This document shows, one piece after another, positions 9,598 to 17,148 of a stretch of 64,000 nucleotides of DNA. How positions within the stretch are numbered: the first letter of the stretch is position 1; each line of letters begins with the position of its first letter. This DNA is from a bacterium (GTDB lineage: Bacteria > Lindowbacteria > 2-12-FULL-62-27). Position numbers and translations under genes: made by a program. Location: positions 25 to 64,024 of the forward strand of contig JACQOF010000140.1 of NCBI GenBank assembly GCA_016202645.1, written 5' to 3'. The notes below the pieces were generated by a model. The model did no database searches. It saw only the letters and a program-made list of their open reading frames with translations, and had not been told where the DNA came from.

Positions 9598-10047
9598 TTA
9601 CCCGTCCTTTCGGTTCCAGTCGTATGGAATCTTGTTCTTGTACGGATCCAGCCGCGTGCTCCGGGATGGATCATGCGGGTGGGTACAGCAGTTGGCGATG
9701 ATGGCGCAGGGCGCAACCATGCCCTTGAAACCGTTCCAGACATCGGGCGGGATGATGAGCAGGTTGTAACAGTCGATCCCAAGAAACACTTCCTGGATTT
9801 CGCCCTTTGTAGGCGACCTGGCGCGGTCGTCGTAGAGAGCGACTTTTACCCGGCCAAAAATGCACGCGTAGTTCAGGGTCATCTCACGGTGCTTGTGCCA
9901 ACCCTTCACGGCGCCGGGATAGACGGTCGAGAAATAGATCTCGCCGAATTTTTTGAAGTGCGGATCGGTCGCCTTCATCATGTGAAAAATCGTCCCGCGC
10001 TCGTCGGGAATGCGCTTGAGCGGGATGATCTGGATACCGTCGATCAT
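9598..10047 (-). CDS. cupin-fold NDP-sugar epimerase/isomerase (RmlC/WxcM-like)
   Basis: The ORF-track N-terminus (MELPSFPRKRESRIWIPAFAGMT) is repeat-encoded. Trimmed to ATG 10047, which is preceded by GGGAGGAAA. Cupin core IPDERGTIFHMM...GAVKGWHKH. Confidence 0.7.
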   Translation of the reverse strand: MIDGIQIIPLKRIPDERGTIFHMMKATDPHFKKFGEIYFSTVYPGAVKGWHKHREMTLNYACIFGRVKVALYDDRARSPTKGEIQEVFLGIDCYNLLIIPPDVWNGFKGMVAPCAIIANCCTHPHDPSRSTRLDPYKNKIPYDWNRKDG

Positions 10048-10090
10048 GCGTTTCCTCCCAGTGTACTGCGTTAGAAATCCCTTTAGATTT

Positions 10091-10147
10091 GTCATCCCCG
10101 CGAAAGCGGGGATCCAGATTCTGGATTCCCGCTTTCGCGGGAATGAC
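10091..10147. repeat. family A inverted pair (3-nt spacer)
   Basis: Units 10091..10117 and 10121..10147, in the intercistronic gap of the CDP-sugar operon. Confidence 0.9.
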
Positions 10148-10161
10148 GGCAATTCCAAATG

Positions 10162-11376
10162 TCAAACAACCGTAACCTCGGGAATCGGGACGATGAATTT
10201 TCCGCCGCGCGCGGCGAACCCCGACTCCTGCCGCATGATCTCATCCCGGATGTTCCAGGGGAAGATGACGAGATAATCAGGCGGGTCGGATTGGAGACGC
10301 TCCGGGGCGTAAATGGGCTGGTGCGTGCCCGGCATGAATTTCCCCTGCTTGTGGGAGCTCGCGTCGACGACATACTGCACGAGGTCCCGCCCGATCCCGC
10401 AGGCGTTCATCATCACCGCCGCTTTGGCGGCGGCGCCGTAACCCGCGACCCGCTTGCCGTCCTTCACCAAGTTCCCAAGCAGGCGCTTCAAGGAGTCCCG
10501 GACTTTGTCGGCGGCGCCGGAAAAAGCCCGGTAGGCGGAAATCCGGTCCAGTCCCAGGGCCTGTTCCCCGGCGAGCATCGTCCGGGCCCGGGTCGAAGCC
10601 TGCCCGTTCTTTCGGACCGTGATGCGGACGGATCCGCCGTGGATGGGCAAAGCCTCGGCGTCGGACAGAACCAGGCCGTTTCGACGCAGGAGTCGTTCCA
10701 GCGCCGTGAGGGAAAAATAGAAAATGTGCTCGTGATAGATCGTGTCAAAGGCCGTCTGGCGCACCATCTCCCCGACATGGGGCGCTTCGATCACCGCAGC
10801 GCCGTCCTCCTTCAAAATCGTCGCGATTCCTTGAACAAACCCGTTCAGGTCGGGCACGTGAGCCAGGACGTTGTTGGCCAGAAAAAGATCGGCATGCCGG
10901 CCCTCCCGGAAAAGCCGCAGGGCGGTCTCCTGGCCGAAATAGGCGACTTCCGTCGGAACCCCCCGGCGGCGGGCCTCCTCCGCGATGTTCTTCGCGGGCT
11001 CCACGCCCAGAGAGGGAATCCCGCGACGGACGAAATACTGAAGCATATAACCGTCGTTCGATGCGGCTTCGACCACGAGACTTTTGTCGGTAAGCCCAAG
11101 ATCGCCGATCAGCCGGTTTGCCGAGGCCTCAACGTGGGCCAGCATGGTCCGGGACGTGGACGAAAAATAGACGTATTCGTCGAACAGCGCCGGCGGCGAG
11201 ACAATGTCAGTGATCTGGACCATGGAACAGGCCTCGCAAAAGACGACGTTCAATGGATACCGGGGTTCTGGCCGGGCACTGGCCGGGATCTCGCGCAACA
11301 GACCGTTGGCCAGCGGCATGTCGCCGAGGGAGATCACGGGATCGAGGGAATTGGATCCGCACGAGCGGCAGTTCAT
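10162..11376 (-). CDS. NDP-hexose C-methyltransferase-like SAM enzyme
   Basis: 404 aa. N-terminal Cys-rich zinc ribbon (MNCRSCGS...), class I SAM fold, and a C-terminal C-methyltransferase-type domain as in TylCIII-like enzymes. Confidence 0.75.
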   Translation of the reverse strand: MNCRSCGSNSLDPVISLGDMPLANGLLREIPASARPEPRYPLNVVFCEACSMVQITDIVSPPALFDEYVYFSSTSRTMLAHVEASANRLIGDLGLTDKSLVVEAASNDGYMLQYFVRRGIPSLGVEPAKNIAEEARRRGVPTEVAYFGQETALRLFREGRHADLFLANNVLAHVPDLNGFVQGIATILKEDGAAVIEAPHVGEMVRQTAFDTIYHEHIFYFSLTALERLLRRNGLVLSDAEALPIHGGSVRITVRKNGQASTRARTMLAGEQALGLDRISAYRAFSGAADKVRDSLKRLLGNLVKDGKRVAGYGAAAKAAVMMNACGIGRDLVQYVVDASSHKQGKFMPGTHQPIYAPERLQSDPPDYLVIFPWNIRDEIMRQESGFAARGGKFIVPIPEVTVV

Positions 11377-11386
11377 GGCGCGGTAC

Positions 11387-11475
11387 CTCCTCCCCCCTTG
11401 AGGGGGAGGCTGGGAGGGGGGTTCTCCAGCGGAAGTGCGCCCCCCCCATCCAACTTCCCCCTCAAGGGGGGAAGG
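11387..11475. repeat. family B inverted pair
   Basis: Units 11387..11421 (reverse) and 11441..11475 (forward). Together they nearly fill the gap between the dehydratase stop and the C-methyltransferase start. Confidence 0.9.
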
Positions 11476-11476
11476 G

Positions 11477-12454
11477 TCACGACGAAAAATACGCCTGATA
11501 CCATCCGATGGCGCGGCGCAGGCCGGGCTCCAGGCCGATCGCGGGTTTCCAGCCCAGGAGCCGCGCGGCTTTTTTGGACGAGAGATACTGCCGGCGGATT
11601 TCGTTGGAAGCCTCGTTTTTCACAACCGGCTTGAGCTTGGAATTCATCAGTTTCAGGATCAGACGTGTCAAATCGAGAACGGTCATGGGGCGTTCGACCG
11701 AAAAATTGAAGGCTTCCCCGGCGAGAGCCGGCTTCGCGGACAATTTTTCGACCAGCGTGACCAGCGCTGCCACGGCGTCCTCGACGTAGATGTAATCGCG
11801 GACGAATTTCCCGTCCGACCGGATGATCGGGCGCTTCCCGCGGATGACCGACCGGATCGTGCCGGGAATGATACGGTTCCAGTTGAGATCGCCGCCGCCA
11901 AACAAGTTGCCGCACCGGCTGACGGCGACCGGCAGGCCGTAGGTCCGGGCGTAAGACTGCGCCAGGAGATCCGCGCAGGATTTGCTGACGTCATAGGGGT
12001 GGCGCCCCGTCAGCGGCATCGATTCGTCGTAAGGCAGTTTCGGCTGGGAGCCGTAGGCCTTGTCGGACGACGCGACGACGATCTGCCGGACCGACGGACA
12101 GCGCCGGCAGGCCTCCAGGACAGACCACGTTCCCTTGATGTTGGATTCAAACGTAGAGACGGGATTTCGGTTTGCCACCGTTACGATGGTTTGAGCCGCC
12201 AGATGAAAGACCGTCTCGACTTCGTATTCGTTGATCACCCGCTCCAGAAAGGGTTGATCGGTGACGTCTCCGCGGGCCACTCTCGATGATTCCAAAAGCC
12301 CGCTCCGGACAGCCTCCGAGCCGGGAACCCAGTCGCGGACGATGCAGACGGCATCGGCGCCCGATTCGGATATGCGGTTTAGAAGCCACCCGCCGAGAAG
12401 CCCCGTTACTCCCGTGATGAGGACCGGACGGTCTTTCCAGAAGGAATTCCTCAT
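11477..12454 (-). CDS. NAD-dependent sugar 4,6-dehydratase (CDP-glucose 4,6-dehydratase-like)
   Basis: 325 aa. Rossmann motif [10 protein letters not shown] and catalytic YDVSK. The N-terminus [11 protein letters not shown] resembles the RfbG family. Confidence 0.75.
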   Translation of the reverse strand: MRNSFWKDRPVLITGVTGLLGGWLLNRISESGADAVCIVRDWVPGSEAVRSGLLESSRVARGDVTDQPFLERVINEYEVETVFHLAAQTIVTVANRNPVSTFESNIKGTWSVLEACRRCPSVRQIVVASSDKAYGSQPKLPYDESMPLTGRHPYDVSKSCADLLAQSYARTYGLPVAVSRCGNLFGGGDLNWNRIIPGTIRSVIRGKRPIIRSDGKFVRDYIYVEDAVAALVTLVEKLSAKPALAGEAFNFSVERPMTVLDLTRLILKLMNSKLKPVVKNEASNEIRRQYLSSKKAARLLGWKPAIGLEPGLRRAIGWYQAYFSS

Positions 12455-12459
12455 GTATC

Positions 12460-12687
12460 TCAGGCGGCCTGAAAAACCGGGGCCTGAAGTGTTCCGGTGG
12501 ATTTGACTTTGCCTTTTAGAATGTCGTCAATGATTCGCATCGACGAAAGAGGGATGGATTCCTGGCCGCACTCCGGACAGACCTTGATGGGAAGATTTTT
12601 GACGATGAGAGGCGCCCCATTCTTGTGATACAGCCGCTCCACGCGTTTTTCGACCATTTCATTCCTGCATCCGTTTGGACATGCCAT
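12460..12687 (-). CDS. YgiT/MqsA-N-type zinc-finger protein (antitoxin-like)
   Basis: 75 aa. Two Cys pairs (CPNGC ... CPECG). No HTH domain. Lies 2 nt downstream of the DUF4258 gene. Confidence 0.65.
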   Translation of the reverse strand: MACPNGCRNEMVEKRVERLYHKNGAPLIVKNLPIKVCPECGQESIPLSSMRIIDDILKGKVKSTGTLQAPVFQAA

Positions 12688-12689
12688 AT

Positions 12690-12950
12690 TTATTGACCTC
12701 TGAATGCCGTGACGACGAACGGAACATCCGAATCCTTGACAACAACGCCGATACCGCCCCGCACCAGCGTGTACTTTGTAAGTTTTCCTTCCGTTCGTTC
12801 GTCCGGCTCTTTTTTCATCACGGTTCCGTTTCCAATGACATCCAGAATCTGATCCAGTTCAATGTTCTCGGCAATCATCTTGTCGACCAAATGAGTCCCA
12901 AAATCGACCTGCCCGCACGCCAACTCACGCCTGATTTCATTCAGTCCCAT
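12690..12950 (-). CDS. DUF4258-like small toxin-like protein
   Basis: 86 aa, resembling DUF4258 proteins, which are commonly paired with YgiT zinc-finger partners. Confidence 0.6.
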   Translation of the reverse strand: MGLNEIRRELACGQVDFGTHLVDKMIAENIELDQILDVIGNGTVMKKEPDERTEGKLTKYTLVRGGIGVVVKDSDVPFVVTAFRGQ

Positions 12951-12971
12951 AAACCTTGTATATCTTACCGT

Positions 12972-13008
12972 CCGCCGGATTGTCAGTCAATCAGGCGGGC
13001 GGATTATA
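12972..13008 (-). promoter_or_regulatory. candidate promoter (-10 TATAAT) plus 11-bp inverted repeat upstream of the toxin-antitoxin-like pair
   Basis: Minus-strand TATAAT at 13008..13003. Inverted repeat CCGCCGGATTG-N5-CAATCAGGCGG at 12972..12998 (one mismatch), between the -10 and the ATG at 12950. Confidence 0.4.
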
Positions 13009-13039
13009 CATCAATTTTTCGTTATGCTAGAGTCTCGGA

Positions 13040-13942
13040 ATGGCAGGTTCACCCGCAGTCAGCATCGGCATGGCCGTGCGAAACGAGGAAAAACATCTGG
13101 CATCGGCGCTGGAGTCTCTCCTGGGTCAGGACTTCAAGGAGTTTGAGCTGATCCTGTCGGACAACGCGTCGACGGACCGGTCGGAGGATATCTGCCGCGA
13201 GTACGCCGCGCGGGACGCTCGGATCCGGTACGTCCGGCAGGACCGGAACCTGGGGATGCCGGAAAATCAGAATTTTGTGTTTGGGCAGGCCCGCGGGGAA
13301 TTTTTCATGTGGGCGGCGGGGCATGATCTCTGGAAGCCGGATTTTATCCGGAAGTGTGTTGAGGTGATGAAGGCGGACGAGAGCGTTGTGCTCTGTTTTC
13401 CGATCATCTGTTCGACGGAGTCCTATGAAAGTCCTGACCCGCGCGAAGACCCGCACGGGTGCCGGCTCGATACGCGCGGGATGGGCGTGTCCTCACGGGT
13501 AAGCCTCGTGATCTGGGGGATGGGCAGCTGCGGGATCATTTACGGCTTGCACCGGACCGCGGCCCTCAGAAAGACCGGCCTGTTCCGGAGGGTCATCTGC
13601 CCGGACAACCTGATCATTTTTGAACTTTCCCTGATCGGCGCGATGGCCTTCATCCCGGAACCGCTTTTTTTCCTTGGGGGCACGCCTCCGGCTCGCGTCA
13701 GTATGGCCGATTCGATGGCACGCTATCGCCGCATGTTTTATCCCGAATCCCGGAAATATTTCAGATTGTGGCTGACGAACTGGCGCCTGCTCTACGAACA
13801 CCTCGCGGCGGTCGGACGCGCGCCGGTCCGGTTCAACCGAAAGCCGGTCCTTCTGCTCATCGTCCTGTTCGGCTTACTGGCAAGGCGAGGCAAACACATG
13901 CTGCACGACCTGGTGGAGGCGGCGGGTCTGCCGAGACCCTGA
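13040..13942 (+). CDS. family 2 glycosyltransferase
   Basis: 300 aa. GT-A N-terminus SIGMAVRNEEKHLASALESLLGQDFKEFELILSDNASTDRS. Confidence 0.8.
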   Translation: MAGSPAVSIGMAVRNEEKHLASALESLLGQDFKEFELILSDNASTDRSEDICREYAARDARIRYVRQDRNLGMPENQNFVFGQARGEFFMWAAGHDLWKPDFIRKCVEVMKADESVVLCFPIICSTESYESPDPREDPHGCRLDTRGMGVSSRVSLVIWGMGSCGIIYGLHRTAALRKTGLFRRVICPDNLIIFELSLIGAMAFIPEPLFFLGGTPPARVSMADSMARYRRMFYPESRKYFRLWLTNWRLLYEHLAAVGRAPVRFNRKPVLLLIVLFGLLARRGKHMLHDLVEAAGLPRP

Positions 13943-13957
13943 GGTATCAGTCCTCTC

Positions 13958-14029
13958 CGTCATTCCCGCGAAAGCGGGAATCCAGTCCGCCTGGCGATAA
14001 TCTGGATTCCCGCTTTCGCGGGAATGACG
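13958..14029. repeat. family A inverted pair
   Basis: Units 13958..13985 and 14002..14029, between the convergent GT2 gene and rfbF. Confidence 0.9.
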
Positions 14030-14051
14030 ACCTGAACAGTTACCCTGTTTT

Positions 14052-14858
14052 TTATCTTTTAATCCACGGCGCCTCGCCCGATTTCGCTAGGCCGTCCAGA
14101 TACTTCACGTCCCGAAGCGTGTCCATGCCGTGCCAGAAGCCGGGGTGGCGGTAGGCGGCCAAGCGGCCGCGGCCCGCGGCGGTTTCCAGGAGATCCTTCT
14201 CGAGGACGGATTGATCTGATTTCAAATAGTCGAACACGCCCGGTTCCATCACCATGAACCCGCCGTTGATCCAGCCTTCGCTGATCTGATGCTTCTCCAG
14301 GAACCGGACCACCCGGTCCTTGTCGAATTCTATCCCGCCGAACCGCGCGGGCGGCCGGACCGCGGTGAGAGTTACCAGGGATTTGGATTTGCGGTGCAGT
14401 GCGATGAGTTTCTTGAGATCGACGTCCGAGACACCGTCGCCGTAGGTCAATAGAAAAGTCGAGCGGCCCAAAAACGGCTTCAATCGGAGAAGCCGGCCTC
14501 CCGTCAGGACTTCGGGGCCCGTGTCGATGAGATGCACCGTCCAGTCGTCATGCCGGCGCTTGTGGACGGTCACGCGGCCCGTGCCGACGGACACCGTCAG
14601 GTCTCCCTGGAGAGCATGGTAATCCAGAAAATATTTCTTGACGGTCTCGCCCTTGTAGCCGAGCGCGATGACGAATTCCTTGAACCCGTACCGCGCGTAG
14701 TGCTGGAGAATGTGCCACAGAATCGGCTGCCCGCCGATCTCCACCATCGGCTTGGGCCTGCGCTCCGTTTCCTCGGAAAGGCGGGTCCCAAGCCCGCCCG
14801 CCAGAATGACCACCTTGTGCCCGGTTGATCGTTTCACGGGGGCATTATGGCACAGCAT
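14052..14858 (-). CDS. rfbF: glucose-1-phosphate cytidylyltransferase
   Basis: 268 aa. Nucleotidyltransferase signature VVILAGGLGTRLSEETERRPKPMVEIGG, with RfbF-type length and C-terminus. Confidence 0.85.
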   Translation of the reverse strand: MLCHNAPVKRSTGHKVVILAGGLGTRLSEETERRPKPMVEIGGQPILWHILQHYARYGFKEFVIALGYKGETVKKYFLDYHALQGDLTVSVGTGRVTVHKRRHDDWTVHLIDTGPEVLTGGRLLRLKPFLGRSTFLLTYGDGVSDVDLKKLIALHRKSKSLVTLTAVRPPARFGGIEFDKDRVVRFLEKHQISEGWINGGFMVMEPGVFDYLKSDQSVLEKDLLETAAGRGRLAAYRHPGFWHGMDTLRDVKYLDGLAKSGEAPWIKR

Positions 14859-15819
14859 GAATTAAACATAAAGTCTCAAGCAAGGCGCCGGCCACCATCC
14901 GGTCGGACAGGCGGAGCTTATGCAAGAGGGTGGCAAGCGTTTCTTTGATCAGAATTTTTTCGAGAAACCGCGGGAGCCGCACGCCGAGGTTCGCCAGGCT
15001 GTGAGTGATCCCGCCGGTCGATTTCTCCCAGCGGATGCGGACGCGTTTGAAGCCCGCTTTGGCCAGATAAGCCCGCAGAGTCCCCGGTGTGAACTGGTGG
15101 ATGTGGCGCGGAAGATCCAGGCCGTACCAGTAAGATCGAAACAGCGCGGCCTCGACGGACGAGAAATTCGGCACGGCTATCCAGATTTGGCCGCCGGGTT
15201 TCAGGAGGGACCGGGCCTTGTCGAGAATCCGGGATGGAGAGAGGACGTGCTCCAGCATGTGCGACATGAAGATCACGTCGAAGGAATGTGTTTCGAACGG
15301 CGCGTCGAGAAAATCTCCCCCAAAAACATTCGCCGAGAACTTTGTGTTCAGTTTTTCGGCGGTCACGGCGTTCATTTCCACGCCGGCGACGTTCCAGCCC
15401 AGGGACTGCATCATCAGTAGAAACGTACCCGCCCCGCAGCCGACGTCCAAAATCCGGCCGCCCGGGATGTAAGGGATCAGGAACGGATGCTTGGCCAGGA
15501 TCCGCCGGGCGCGGAACCACGCCGACAACCGGTCCCGCGCTGGAACCATGGCAGGCGCTCCCGGATAGCCGAGATAAAGCTGCAAGGCCAGCCGGTGGGA
15601 AGGCTTGATATCGGGTGGTTTGGGGTCCGGGTAGTAGACGTTCGGATAAAAGGATTTGATCTTGGCGGGAGACGGCAACGGATACTGGGACACAAGGCCG
15701 CACGCGCGACAGCGGGCGATCGCGAACATGCCTGGAACATTAAAGAGACGGTCAACGGATGTGTAGAGCCCCTGAAAATCTGAGCCACCGCAGAGGTCGC
15801 ACGGACTTACTTCACCCAC
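14845..15819 (-). CDS. class I SAM-dependent methyltransferase with N-terminal zinc ribbon
   Basis: 324 aa. Zinc ribbon CDLCGG...CRACG and SAM motif I ILDVGCGAGTF. Confidence 0.75.
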   Translation of the reverse strand: MGEVSPCDLCGGSDFQGLYTSVDRLFNVPGMFAIARCRACGLVSQYPLPSPAKIKSFYPNVYYPDPKPPDIKPSHRLALQLYLGYPGAPAMVPARDRLSAWFRARRILAKHPFLIPYIPGGRILDVGCGAGTFLLMMQSLGWNVAGVEMNAVTAEKLNTKFSANVFGGDFLDAPFETHSFDVIFMSHMLEHVLSPSRILDKARSLLKPGGQIWIAVPNFSSVEAALFRSYWYGLDLPRHIHQFTPGTLRAYLAKAGFKRVRIRWEKSTGGITHSLANLGVRLPRFLEKILIKETLATLLHKLRLSDRMVAGALLETLCLIHAVP

Positions 15820-17021
15820 CCGAGGCCCTCCAGCTTCTCGTGGATCACCCGCGCGGCCTCCGCGTGGCCCTCCGACGTGAAATGGCCGTCGTATTTGAAA
15901 TAGAGGCGCGTTCGTCCCGATCGCGCGTGCTCGCGGAAGGCCGGGAGAAGATCCACCGTTTCGACCGATTCAGCCGTCAGCCGCTCCGAGAGGATCCGGT
16001 TGGGCCGTTCGAGATCGATCACATCCGGGTGGATATTCGTGTAATAGGTCTGGGCCTGCTTCAGCCAGTCATCGTAGATTTGAATGCGGGATGGAATGAA
16101 GTAGACGAGGAGTTTTCTGTTCTCCGCGGCAAGCCGGTCTCGGAAATCCGCGAGCTGCCGGATCGTCACGTCGATGGATTCGGACCAGAGGGCGGCCTGG
16201 TCCGGCGGCGGATCGACGGAAAAATCGTTCCAGTCCCGGTAGGTCTTGTCCTTCCACCGGCCCAGCTTTTTCTTGACGTAGACGTAGGGCGACCATTCCC
16301 GAAGACGGGCCCGGACCTGCACCATGACCGCGCGTTTCCAGGTATAGAGATACGTCCGGTACAGCCACGCCGTGGTCCAGTGCCGCCGCTGTTTGGACTT
16401 CATGGCGGCCGTGCCGGCCACCACGGCGGTGTCGATGGGCTGAAAGACGAGCCTGCCGTCCACGAGCCGGTACACCGGCCGGAGGGAAATCTGAGCCAGC
16501 GCGGGATGGTTGTCCGCCAGATCGTTGTCGATGCAAAATCCCAGAATCACAATCTCCGGATCGAACGCCCGCCCGAGTTTCTCATAGACCTTGATCTCCT
16601 GCGCCGTCCCCCACCCCGCGGCGCCCATCGCCATGCATTCCCACTGGGTTTGATTTAACCTTTCTCCCTCCACCAACGCCTCGACCCGCCGCGCAAAATG
16701 TTGATCCAGCGGCACGTGTCCTCCGTCCGTAAAGGAATCACCCACGAAGAGGATGCGCCGGACGCCCGGGGGACGGGTTTCCGTGTGGTCGTTGTCGTAG
16801 AATCCGAGCGCGTTCGTCCACCGCTCGATCCGGACTTCCCGGTGCAGGTCGTTGACAAAAATCCGCGCATGCCCGGGCAGGCGCCACCCATAGTCAGGAT
16901 CCAGCACGGGCGGCGGCGTGACCTGCACGGGACTTTGGATGGTCAGGCGGAGGCCAAGTTCTATGAGGCAAAGCGTCACGAGAACAGAGAAAACCGCGAG
17001 ACAGAATTTGGATAACTTCAT
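15807..17021 (-). CDS. membrane-anchored SGNH/GDSL-family protein (paralog 3)
   Basis: ORF trimmed to ATG 17021 (MKLSKFCLAVFSVLV anchor); the upstream extension is palindrome-encoded. SGNH blocks ILFVGDSFTDGG and YFKYDGHFTSEGHA. Confidence 0.7.
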   Translation of the reverse strand: MKLSKFCLAVFSVLVTLCLIELGLRLTIQSPVQVTPPPVLDPDYGWRLPGHARIFVNDLHREVRIERWTNALGFYDNDHTETRPPGVRRILFVGDSFTDGGHVPLDQHFARRVEALVEGERLNQTQWECMAMGAAGWGTAQEIKVYEKLGRAFDPEIVILGFCIDNDLADNHPALAQISLRPVYRLVDGRLVFQPIDTAVVAGTAAMKSKQRRHWTTAWLYRTYLYTWKRAVMVQVRARLREWSPYVYVKKKLGRWKDKTYRDWNDFSVDPPPDQAALWSESIDVTIRQLADFRDRLAAENRKLLVYFIPSRIQIYDDWLKQAQTYYTNIHPDVIDLERPNRILSERLTAESVETVDLLPAFREHARSGRTRLYFKYDGHFTSEGHAEAARVIHEKLEGLGWVK

Positions 17022-17033
17022 GGACAACACGTA

Positions 17034-17138
17034 CCACGAACGGACACGAACGGACACGAACGGGCACGAATTAAATCCGGCATCCACAAAATTTGCTTTT
17101 GTTCGTGGTCGTTCGTAGTCGTTCGTGTCCGTTCGTGG
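17034..17138. repeat. long imperfect palindrome with 10-nt-periodic arms
   Basis: Arms 17034..17070 (CGGACACGAA x3) and 17102..17138, complementary at about 32 of 37 positions, with a 31-nt loop. Confidence 0.85.
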
Positions 17139-17148
17139 ACAAATGTTT

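Noticed and set aside
10048-10158. N-terminal extensions encoded by repeats (WIPAFAGMT, SFPRKRES and PPCGGGWEGG peptides) on the epimerase, mnmE, the 30447 ORF and others
   Set aside because: The peptides are translations of family A/B repeat units in various frames. Internal ATGs with SDs restore family-typical N-termini.
10159-11634. Very long antisense or overlapping ORFs, for example 10159..11634 (+, 491 aa), 40306..42168 (-, 620 aa), 39006..40241 (-, 411 aa), 384..1493 (-, 369 aa), 34724..35980 (+), 46262..47578 (+) and 26801..27697 (-)
   Set aside because: Each lies opposite a gene with clear family signatures. Their products are low-complexity Arg/Pro/Gly/Asp-rich sequences with no motifs. 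This is the expected stop-codon-poor shadow ORF of a GC-rich genome.
13958-14029. Family A 28-nt palindromic units as CRISPR repeats
   Set aside because: The unit has CRISPR-like length and dyad symmetry. However, copies occur singly or as head-to-head inverted pairs scattered over 64 kb, not as a direct-repeat array with unique spacers of uniform length. No cas genes are present.
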